Source: Azolla caroliniana
Taxonomy: Eukaryota > Plantae > Polypodiophyta
Assembly (NCBI GenBank): GCA_043228905.1
Contig: JBHGNT010000013.1
Location: 17,608,001 to 17,672,000 of the forward strand
Direction of reading: 5' to 3'
Length of the DNA: 64,000 bases
Below, one piece after another: positions 15,901 through 27,900 of the stretch; position 1 is the stretch's first letter; every line of letters starts with the position of its first letter. Under the pieces are notes generated by a model. The model saw only the letters and a program-made list of their open reading frames with translations, did not search any database and was not told the origin of the DNA. A program made the position numbers and the translations under genes.

Positions 15901-18900
15901 CCAAATCTCCGGAAACGTTGGTATGGTGTTGAAGATGAAACACAAACACTTGAGGGGGTGGATTGCGTTGTCCCCCCATCCTTGGTTATTTCCAATCTTT
16001 GCCTATTTTTTGGACTAGCTTTTAGAGTTTGTTGGTTCTTTTGGTGCTCCTTTTCCTTCACCATCCATGTTAACGTTGTACACGGTTGACCGGTGGTGGC
16101 GGTGTTTTGTCCGCGCTTTTGGTGGTTGTGGACAGTGTTGTTCTGACCATGTTGATTTTTGTTGGAGCGGACAACGTTGTTGTGAACACGGGTTTTGTGG
16201 ACAGAAGTAGAATTGTCTTCTTGTTTACCATTCTGCTTGTGTTGAGCTTGAAAAATGGTTTCTTAAAAAAAAATACACTCGACCTCTCGTGAAACAAATT
16301 GTTCAAGCTCAACACAGGCACAATGGTAAACAAGAAGACAATTCTACTTCTGTCCACAAAAACCGTATTCACAACAAGGTTGTCCACACCAACAAAAATA
16401 AAAAATCAACGTGTTCAAAACAACATTGTCCACAACAACCAAAATCGCGAACAAAACAACGCCACCACCAATCAACCAGGTGTGGCATCAACACGGAAGG
16501 GGAAGGAAAAGGAGCACCAAAGGAACCAACAAACTCCGAAAGCTAGTCCAAAAAACGGGCGAAGACCGGAACTAACAAAGGATGGGGGGACAATGCAATC
16601 CACCCCCTCAACTGTTCGTGTTTCATCTTCAAGATTGTACCAACGTTTCCAAATATTTGGTTCCGTGAGGGATTCAAGCAATTCTGCACCGCCAAACAAC
16701 AATTCAAACCATCGGTAAGAATTCCCTTTTTTCTTCCTCTCTTAAACCCAAGAGAATACAATCTCTATTTATTCTCTAAAACACCGTGAAGGAGCTTTAA
16801 TGTGGGATAACCAATAAGGCTATCCACAATCTCTCTTCATACTCTTCACATATCACTACTCTAAACTTTTGGGTTTAGGATTAAACTTCATCCCTCCTTC
16901 CCAACCCCCTCCAACATAACAACTCCTTGAAGATTTTCAAAACTTTGCTCGACAACTTCACCTCCGATGGTACTTCCGTAATTCAGAACAAGCCCCACCT
17001 CCGTGGATCCTTAATCCGAATTGGAATCCTCCATCGGCTAGTGTTCCTGTCCAAAAAATCATTCAGGCCACGGACTTTTCGATCTTAGACTCCATCAAAA
17101 CTACAAGTCTACCACAAGTCAATATTTCTCCTCACCTCCACAATGAGCTCAAGAACCGCAAATCAAACCCAAACATAATCATCATGCCTGCTGATAAAAA
17201 TCTGGGTCTCGTCGTGCTTGATCACAAGTGGTATGTTCGAGAAGGAAATAGACAACTTAGTGATAAAGTTGTCTATAAACAAGTCGACTCGGTACCATTA
17301 GATGAGCTACACAGCCGACTGGAATACATTTGCCAAATGTCACCAAACAACAGATATAGAGTATGTACTCTATATTTTCTCCCAAAACTCCACAAAACAC
17401 CTGAAGTCGGGAGACCTATATGTTCGTACAATGGCTTCATCTTCGAGCATCCCTCCTTCTGGCTCCACTACAAGTTATATCCGATACTCCAACAACAAAA
17501 GCAACATCTTGAAGACTCACTTTTCCTAGTTCGGAACCTAGAAGATCTTCGACTACCCACTAATATACTACTCTTTACTTTCGATGTGGAATCGCTATAC
17601 CCTAGCATACCCACTTCCGAAGGATTACATGCTCTACGGAACATGATACAAGGTCATTTCCCACTTTGTGAACTCAACCTCATCATGTCCCTCACACTTC
17701 AACATCATTATTTGGAGTTCAATGGAGGATTCTGGCAACATATTTGCAGAACAGCAATGGGTAGCAACTTTGCCATTGTTTATGCATGCTTATTTCTATG
17801 TTTTGGAGATGCGTGGTCCAAAGTTGTGAATACCTTTTGAAAGCCTACTTGTCCAGCTGAATGGCAACCATTCCATTCTGCCCATACATACAATTCTGAC
17901 TTTAGGATTGAACCATATAGTTTAGCCAAGTAATGGTCAAATCATAATTGCTCTATTATTTCTCGGAATCATCTTCAAGTTTGATACAATGGTTTGTTCT
18001 GTCCAGCTAGTAGGGAAACCTTCACACATAGCTGTATTAAGATGTGTGCAACAACAAGGGCAAGGTGTCACACTCATAAATAAAGTGCTCACCTACTACA
18101 TTATTTTGGGCCTTCTCAAATTGTAATCGATCAATGGCATTTCTTACATTTTATGGGGTAAAAAAGCTGCATGAGCCATGTGGGTGGGGTAGTCAAGGCT
18201 GCAGGGGGTATTATATGGTATCTTTGCATATCCATGCTGCATCTGAGGTGCGTCAATTGCATTACAGGGGTCCTCCCATCAAAACATTTCCATGCTCTTT
18301 TAGTTTCTTATCCTAGGAACAAGCGATACACATATGCTCCGAAGTTAGCCAAATATAATCTCTTCTTCTTCGTCATAAGGTGTTGGAAGGTTGCTCTTGC
18401 TTTTTTGTGTACAAATCCCCCAAGTTACTTCGTGTTGTAAGTGTCTCCTTGTATCACCACATTCCTCATCATACCAACTATTTTGTGTGACTCTACCACG
18501 TTTGGGCGCATTGCTGGTTGTGTGGGGAAAGGCATTTGTGGCTGATTTATGCAATGACTTGGACAATCCTTCTTCTAGAATGCGAAAGGATCTAAATCTA
18601 CCATGCCATTGTATAGTCCACAACTATACACATCAATTACCTCCCAGTTAAATTGGTATTTAGCTAGCCCGCTCTCACTCTTTGCATTTACATCCTTTGT
18701 GCATCCATCCTTCAACTCAACGCATAGATGTGACTGATCTAATGTCAAGACAATAGATCTACCAGAGATAGAAAGAAAGAAAGAAAGATATATTAACGTC
18801 TTTTCGTCTTTTAAGAGGCCAAACTGGCCTTTAAGACCGAATAAGAGATTACATCTTAAATGTTTTCTCGTCTTTGAGAACAAATCAAAATAAAGTAAAT

Positions 18901-21900
18901 ATTACACAGTAAATATAAAAGTAAATAAGATGAAAAGAAAAGAGACGAGAGAATCTGGTTTTTGGCACATGCGAGATTCTCAAGTTAGGTATATTGTTTT
19001 ATCTCCAAAAGATCTCTATCATAGGTCGATCCAGAATGGAAATGTCTCTGAAGCGAGGGAAGCACCTACGATGGCCGGAGATAATGGCTTTTATTTGTCG
19101 ATGACAAGGGTGTCGAGGTCGTGGTCCATGGGGCCGGGGCCTACGTGCACGGCAAATTGCTATTGCCCGATCAATCATAACCCCTTTGTTATATCCTGGT
19201 CTAGATCCCATTTCTGTATCCTGGGGTTGACTTCTAGCATTAGGAGTGATGGAGCTAAAGAAAGTTGTGATTGTTCTTTGTGGATGAGCTTGTGTGGCTG
19301 TATTCTTCAACAACTTTTCCCGATGTCTCTTGAGCTCAAGCAAGAAAAGTCCTAGGCATCTTTGGTCCTCATATTCCATTACCTTGCGTAGTGGGCCAAA
19401 GCCTTGTTTAAAGAGGCAATGGTATCTCCCTCTGATTTCATAAAAGACACTACAATGACAAACATAGTGTTCTTCAAATTCCACTCCTTGATGACACAAT
19501 TGGCAAATTCTCTCTTCAAGAGGTAGTCGTGTATATCTGCCCACCTCAATCTGTAGCTGATGTGATGAGGTTCGCAGCTGCCCTATCACACTACGCAGCG
19601 CATAGGATAGATGTATGTCCATATAAGGTGGCCTTATGACAAATCCATCCTCTGATGTATGTAAAAAGTGTGTCTTATAGTGGGCCATCTTTGTACCAAG
19701 TGGTATTTTGGGGCTGATCCATGTTATCTTGTTTTCTAAGTTAATAATATCAGTTCGGATCACTCTATTCTTTTCCACTTTGGTCATATTGAGATGGGAA
19801 CAGTCCAAGCTATATTGGAACGGGGGTAGTGCATTTATACTCATGCCATGTGACTCGAACCATTGCTGCATTTCAGTATACCAACAACGAGTGTCTCCAT
19901 TTTCAGCCAGTTGTCTTGATAACATAAGTGCCAACCTTGGGTACCTTCGTTTAGGGAGCTCCCAAAGACGTTGGATAAATGTCACTGATCGGAACAATGC
20001 CTCAGTTATTATAGGTGTTGCTCCCATCTCTGCCCAGATTATATCGTGGGGCACCGATGCTTTGTTCCTTATCATGCGAGCAATCATTGACACTAAAGGT
20101 CTCTCCTTTGCCTTGTTAAGACTCGGTCCCCATGTCTCTACTCCATAGAGAAGAGTTGGTGTGACAAGTGTATCAAATAACCATAGCTTAGTCCGTGGCT
20201 CTTGGAACTACAAATGTGCACATTATCTTTCGAGAGCACCAAGGGCTGCATATCCACGAGAAAGTCGGGCACAAGCGGCCTCCTGTAAGGAGAACCTATG
20301 TCCTGTAAATGTTACTCCTAGGTATGTGTAGGAGCGTGTGTATTCCACCTTTTCCTCTCCCAAGAAGAATTCTGGTTCTGATCTTGTTACCCATGCTTGG
20401 GTGGTGTTAAACACCATCACTTTAGTTTTATTCATGTTGATTGACAGACCTTTGTCCGTACAAAATAGTTTTAAGGCATTTAGATGTCTTTGTAGTCCCT
20501 CCGGAGAGTCAGAAATCAACACAATATCATCAGCATATAGTAATATCTGTATAGCTATACCTGCTAGGTGTGCTCCGGAACCACCAAATCTCTCTATGTA
20601 CTGTGATACCTCATCTATATAGAGACCGAAGAGTGTGGGGGATAGTGGGCATCCTTTCTTCATGCCAATTGTGCTAGCCACCGCCTCTGACAAGCCCTTA
20701 GGAGACCGAACTTTTCCTGAAACAGATTCATAGAGTGCATAGATTCCCCATTGCATATCTATAGGAACACCAATGGCCTCTAGCCGCTGCATAAGCCGAG
20801 CACGTGGCACAGTGTCAAAGGCTTTTCGAAAATCCACAAAGCAGCAATAAATCCTCTTATTGTGGGCTCTGCCCTCCTCAATAAGGGCCCAAAGGGTGAA
20901 TATGTGATCCAAAGTTGTGAAACCCTTCCGAAAGCCTGCCTGTCCAATTGAACGGCAGCCATTTTGCTCTGCCCATATACTCAATTCTGATTCCAGAATC
21001 AAGCCATATAGTTTAGCCAAGTAATGGCCAATCATGATTGTCCTATAGTTGCTTGGCATCATGGGGTCTCGACTCTTGAGGATTGGCACAATGGTATGCT
21101 GAGTCCATCTAGTAGGAAAACCTTCGCACATGTCTCTATTAAAGATGTGTGCTAGCAATGGGAGCAAGGTGTCACGGGCATAGATAAAGTGTTCACCCAC
21201 CAATCCATCATGATCTTGGGCCTTCCCGAATTGTAGCCTATCAATGGCATTTCTTACATTTTGTGGTGTAAAGAAGGTTGATTCATGTGGGCGTGAGGCA
21301 TTCGGGTGGGGAAGAGGAGGTTGACTCGGGGTATCATATAGGACCTTTGCATATTCGTGCCACATTTGAGGTGAGGTCAGTTGTGTGGTGGGTTGCCTCT
21401 CATTAAACATTTTCCATGCTCTTTTACTCTCTCGTACTAGAAACAAGCGATACAAATGATCTTCAAATTTAGCCAAATACAATCTCTTCTTCCTCCTTAC
21501 GAGGCGTTGGAAGGTTGCTCTCGCTTGGTTGTGTGCATAAATGCCCCGAGTTACATCACGTTGCAAGCATCTCTTTGTATCACGACATTCATCATCATAC
21601 GAACTATTTTGTATTACTCTACCGAGTTTGGGGGGGTTAGCCGTTGTGTGAGGGAAGGCTTTTGTGGCTGCTTTATGCAATGATTTGGATAAACCTTGGG
21701 TAAGTTCTTCAAGGGGTGCGAAAGGATCCAAATCTAGCATGCCATTGTATACACCACAACTATAGACATCAATTGTCTCGCGAGTGAATAGATACCTAGC
21801 CAGCCCCCTCTCCTTAGCATATACATCCTTTGTGCATCCATCCTTTACCTCAAAGCGTAGATATGCATGATCAGCTGCCAAGCCAATAGGTCTTCCCGAT

Positions 21901-24900
21901 ATGGTGAACACTTTTATTTCAGGTATAAGAGATGGAGATCCCATTAGATAATCGACTGTGCTTGCACCCCCTTTTGGGTTCCAACATGTCAAAGCATCAG
22001 ATCCAGGCCATTGTGACAAGCCATTATATATCACAGGTCCATGCGCGCTTCCCAAGGCTAGAAAGTGTTTTCCATATTCAGTTATAGCACTCATATCTTG
22101 AGCTTTTCTCTTTAGACCAACCTCTTCCGCCATAACTTTTCCATAGACAGCCTCGTCGGTGTTAAATATAGTTGTTTGTTCATCCTTGGTTCGTGCATTA
22201 AAATCTCCTAATAGTATTATATCCCCCATAGTAGCAAATCTTATGATATCATCATATAGTGGTAGATATGGTGATTCACCTAGAGGTTCAAACCTTGAAT
22301 AGGCAGGTGGAAAGTAGCAAAGTGCAATATATAGCTCCCTAAGATCCCCTCTTTTTATGCATATCCACATGTAGCGTGCATCCACATCCTTATGTACAAC
22401 ATGCACTCTACCATGGAGCTCCTCTTTGTATAGCATAGCCACTCCTCCCGAACCTCTAGTGCTTCCTCGTGTCCGAGGTTGGGGGCGACATATTGACTCC
22501 CATCTGTATCCTTGTACCTCGGGGAGTTTGCTAGCCATACATTGGTGAGTCTCTGTATACATAGCAATATCTGTGTTTTTCAATGTATCTTCAAAATATC
22601 CAACATTTGTCCGTAGAGAGCCGTTGCAATTCCATATGGTCATGCGTAGGGTCTCATAGGCCATATATCGTCATGCGGTTCTCTTCTCTGTAATAATGAC
22701 CTTGCCGTCTCTACATACGGCCCATTTACCTTCCTTTCTTGCATCAAGCACTCGTGGCATGTTTTCTTTGCGGTGTGCCACTTGGGCTGGAGTGAGATCG
22801 TCATCTAAGTATATCTTTTCACCCTTGAGTGCCTTTCTTTTAGAGAGGAAAGCTTTTTTCTTGTCAATATCCATGAAGCGGATGATAAGGGCTTTAGCTC
22901 TAGACTCATCTCTTCCCACTCTCCACGCCGAAGCAAATGGAATATCTGATGCTCCAATCTTTGTTGCGAGATTCTTGGCATCTTCTTGTGGACTTCCCTT
23001 TTCAGCCCAACCAACCACTCGTACATGCAACGCACGAGCTTTCCTCTTGGCTTCTTCTTCTAAAGTAGCATTCATCATTGCCATCCTATCCATGGATGTT
23101 CCTTTTTGCTTTTTTACTACCTCTATCCAAGGAGCATTTGCTTTAATTTCGTTTTGGGCGTGCTCGGCTTGAGCTTTGGCATCTTTGGCAATGTCTGCCC
23201 ATGTTTGCATTTCATTCGTGACATTGGCTTTCACTGTAAAGATGTATCTTTCCACTGCTTCTTGTCCTTTTTCGAAATCCACTTTTATAGCTCCTAACTC
23301 AACCTTACTTGAGGATATTTCATCCTTAAGGTATTGTGTCATGTCATCCTTGAGTTCTAAGTGTGATTTCTTCACATGGCTTATTATGTCTTTCCGCATC
23401 TCTTCTAATAACTCAGCCTTGATAGAGGCGTACAATTCTGATTTCGGATATAAGAGATGGAGATCCCATCCGGCAATCGATCAACTATGCTTGAACCTTC
23501 CTTTGGGTTCCAACAAGTCAAAGCATCTGATATCGGCTATTGTGACATCATTATCTATCACAAATCCATGTGCATTTACCAAGGCCAGAACGCGTTTGCC
23601 ATATTCTGTTACTTCAGTAATATCTTGAGGTTGTCATTTTAGACCAAACTTCTGCCATAACTTCTCCATACATCACCTCGTTCGTGTCAAACACAGTTGT
23701 TTGTTCATCCATAGTTTTTGCATTGAAGTTTCCTCTCCTAACGGTACTATATCCCCCATACTAAAAACTCTTATGATGAGAGGTGTCAAGATCTCAAGCA
23801 ATGGCACATCATCAAGCATTTATTGAAATGCGTACACCACTGTATCTAGAGAGTACACCAATAGCTGTTTCTAAAGAGCATGGTGGCCACCTCTTTATAC
23901 ATGAGCGATTAGATCATGCCCTTCAATCATCAGGACAATGATCCTATTGTCATTATGAAACCCAAGATGTTGACAGAGGAACAAACTTTTTACTGCATGC
24001 ACTAGTGGCATCGCAGCACCGACGACTGATTCCATCACATCTTTGCCAGACCATAGAGGAGATTGACCACAGATGCAGCCACCAAACAGAAAGAAAGAAA
24101 GATATGTTAACATCTCGTACAGGACGAAATCCAGAAACAAATCGTGGTTACAAATATTGGTGGCTTCTAGTTATTTCTACCAAAAACACTAAACCTTTGG
24201 TTTCCTAGACATCAAATGATAATGCTACAAAGGCATCGGAGTGACGCTTCAGAAATTTTATTTTTTTAGCTTTTGCTCGCTTAGGAGTCAGGACCCAAGT
24301 TGAATTTGTAAAATGGCACACTTAACTTAAGGTTATATATCCACAGCCTTACCTTCTTAACTGTATTATTATAAAGGCACTTTGAACATATGGAATAAAT
24401 CCCATCATCTAAAGAATACTAAAAATCAAAAACAACATTCCACACCTCAGGTAAGCTAATAACATACAAATGCTTCATTAGTATAAATGTTTGGTAATGC
24501 ATTTGTACCTGCAAAGTGAGAACTCCCCGCTCATGTGAATGGGACCAACTATCTGAGTTATTGCAGAATCACTACAATCCTGTAACGCTAGCATTGCACC
24601 TTGCAAGGATAATATACCATTGCTACCAATTTGTAAACGTTCGGACTGACTAGTGGTGAATTTCTCAATAGTGAGTTGTGGATTAGGAGGCTTCCTTAAC
24701 CATGTTTTTCTTATTCTAGATTTGCTTTGTCCATGGTGCATGTCATTTTCCACCTTGGGAGGCCACATGTTGACCAGAAAGAGCCCTGAATATAGGACTA
24801 AAGCAGGTCTTCTAAATTTTGCACCATCATCTGAATCTGCATATGTGCCTTCAGAGTCCAAGAATGGAAGAAATAACTGAAGTTTTGGCCCTGATACAGC

Positions 24901-27900
24901 TGCTGATAACCAAATTGATCTTCTTATGGTGATAGCTGACATAAACTGCTTTATACGGGCATAGAGAACTTCCCTTGTTCCTCTACAACTAGAAACTGCA
25001 GACTCATGTAGCCCATCTTCAATGGACTGCCCATTAAGTATCAGTTCACCTGCATATTGACTTAAAATAAATCCTAATTGAGTAGCAGATTTGTAGCCAA
25101 GCTTACATTCTAAGCAGCCCATAGTCAATCTACAGTTTAACAAATCTGATTCACAGTCTGGAGCTATGAATGTTGAACGAGAAGCCTCAAAAGAAACCCG
25201 TAAGAATGAATGCATATCACTGTCAATTTGAAGCTCTGCCGGCATGGAAGGATATTCTCTTTTAGGTTCATCTTCAACTGTAAATACTTCCAGCAATGAG
25301 TCTTCATATTTGAAATTATGCTTTAGGTTTTCAGGTAAAGATATTTGAGGAGCAGGGCTACTTAGAAGAAATTCCACATCCTCCGATACTTGACCATTAG
25401 AAGAACCATTGGTTCCTTGTCTGTTCGATGGGACAAAAGGAAATGCACGCAATTCACCCTTTATATATTCACAAACTAACTGTAAAGCCATCTTATTGGG
25501 ACTTGACACATATGCAGCAGAGAAATTCCCCCATGTGAAAAATATGCCTTTCTCAGTTTCTCCAATGAATTTTTCATCGGCATTTTTAAAAGCTGGATAT
25601 TCTACACTGCCCAATAAAGTAATGGAGCCTGTCTGAAAAGTGCTAGTAAATAATGAAATGCCTTTCCTGTTTCTTAGCCTGATCCATATCTTTTGGGAGA
25701 AATCTTCTGTTTTCTGAGAATTTTCAATTTTTCCAAAATACTTTAGCATACCCAAAAACCTCCATTCTAGCCTCGACGCCCATAGTATAAAATTTTGAGT
25801 GCACCAAATAAACCCAACATATATCAATATGCTTTTAATATAGAAATATAAAAGCATAAAAGCCTTCTTCAGATATCTTGCAAGAGATCCAAAAGCTATT
25901 TTCAGTGCTCTCCAGAAAGCAACCAAACCAAAGAGCACTTTTTCAAGTTTTCTGGGTACTAGAGTAAATCTATCTTTTACTATATCTTCCGCTTTGTGTC
26001 TAGCTACATATCTTGCTAAAACTATTGCCTCAACAGGAAGTTCCCGCTCCATATGTAAGAGGCCCTCTTGAAGAGTTTTCAGGTGTTGCTTTGTCCTCCT
26101 TAAGTTTCTCAAATGACTCAATCCATTGAACTTACCAGAATGTCCAGCTCTTGTTTCAGTAATCCATGCCACATAAAGATGAGTGTATCTGTTACGCAGC
26201 ACCCCTGTTTGCACAACATCCTTGAGCCTCCTCCGACAACCACCGGTAATCTTTTCAACTGCCTTCTGCCAAAGATGCCTACCATTTCGTTTTATCTGCT
26301 GGCTACCATTGAAACTTTGTACAGGACTCGATACTCTCGGCAACCCTTGAAGTTTGCTAGCAATTGCAAGAAAAGTTTGTAATTGTGTTACATTGATCTG
26401 AATCATGGTGTCTGGAAAAAATATATCTAGTCCAATTAAACTTCCATTTTGAAGCTCTGAGACTACTGATACTGCCTTCCACAGCAAGATAAATCCCCCA
26501 AATTCCCCCAGATTGTTTATAGCCTCTTTGGAACGCCTTCCCTGTGCTACATTGATAGATACCCTTTCAGAAATTGTTAATTTCAGGCCCAGATCTTTAA
26601 TTGAGCAAATTCTGCCAAATGGCCTTTCTGTCTGCTTCAATAAGGTGATTACTCTCTTACCAATAGCCCCAGCAAGGCTAGATCCATCTTCTGTCGATAA
26701 GGACTCAAAAACTACACAGCAATGATGAGGGTAACTGTCAACCTCATTTGAATGGAGCTCAACGGACACATTCTGCACATCCACTCGAAGTGTTTGCCGC
26801 AGTAAATTCATAAATAATGTTTCTAAGAAACCACCATTGCTTCTACCTCTTGTAAGATTTTCAGCAGCTACATGTACACCAGCCCCCTGCATGTGGAAAG
26901 CATTCCTAATTAAGTAATCCTCGGAGAAGCAAAGAGAATAAAATTATGCATAAACATACATTAGAAGAAATATTATTTTTGTAAAGATGGTTACCATCTA
27001 ATTCTATTTTTTACAAAGTCTAGAAGCAGATACTCAATCTAAGGTCATTGCAAACTGGCATTGCCAAGCCCTATTCTATTGTAAGATAATCCAAAATCAA
27101 GACTAGTTCTAGAATCATTACTTCAAAATTCCTATGCATTAAAACTTGCCAATTCAAACCGTAAGATTTACTGCAACAGACATCTAGCAAATATAAATAC
27201 GAATATACTGCAATCCTACAGTACCCATGCTGGCTAAATGGAAAATGCATAAGAAAAACATCAATTATACAAACCTGAGGATCTAGAGCAAAAATAGCAT
27301 TCCGTTTTTTCGCTTCAATATTATTCTCTTCCCTAGTATACCAGAAACTGTCACCAAAGGGCCTAAATAGTAAAAAGAGAAAACCTTAGTTTAATATATA
27401 ATACAAAAACCATGGCTAAATAATGCTAGAAAGAAAAGAAAAAATTTAAATGGCATATCTATGAAGCTACTGAAAAATATAGTCTACCGGGTGGTAAAAA
27501 GCATTTGCATCATGGCTATGTGTTGAATCAATTCAAGAATCTCTATTATATTAGGGGAGAAACTGACTCCAAACCATTTGGCTGAATTCATTGTCTCGAA
27601 GTAGATTGTTATGATGCAACTTGGAAACTTAGACAATCCATAATTTACTCAATAAGATGCATGGGGTTAAGAGGACATGACCAGTTGTTGCACATCTGAA
27701 ATATATATGATAAGAGAATCTTCGAGACACCTAAAACCTTGTGAAATACAGTAACGCAAATGCAGTAATGTAAGATTGGCTGGAGAGTAGTTTTGATAGG
27801 TTTTCATCATTCTTTTGGCTGCACATGTTTTCTGGATAGTGCATGAAGCATAATGCAAAAGGTACAGACGATGAGAGGAGTATGATGAATGGAATCCCTA

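Larger units (their letters stand above)
18773..23420 (-). mobile_element. Non-LTR retrotransposon (RTEX or CR1/L2-group-like), 5'-truncated in ORF1, (TTTC)n tail
   Basis: ORF1 plus ORF2 (APE, RT, Cys/His C-terminus), short 3'UTR, GAAA repeats at about 18771-18787, candidate TSD GATAGA (18767-18772 / 23421-23426). Confidence 0.92.

Noticed and set aside
23421-23435. ORF-track start of LINE ORF1 (MYASIK)
   Set aside because: It is a non-ATG start that appears to lie in the flanking older copy; the element is 5'-truncated.
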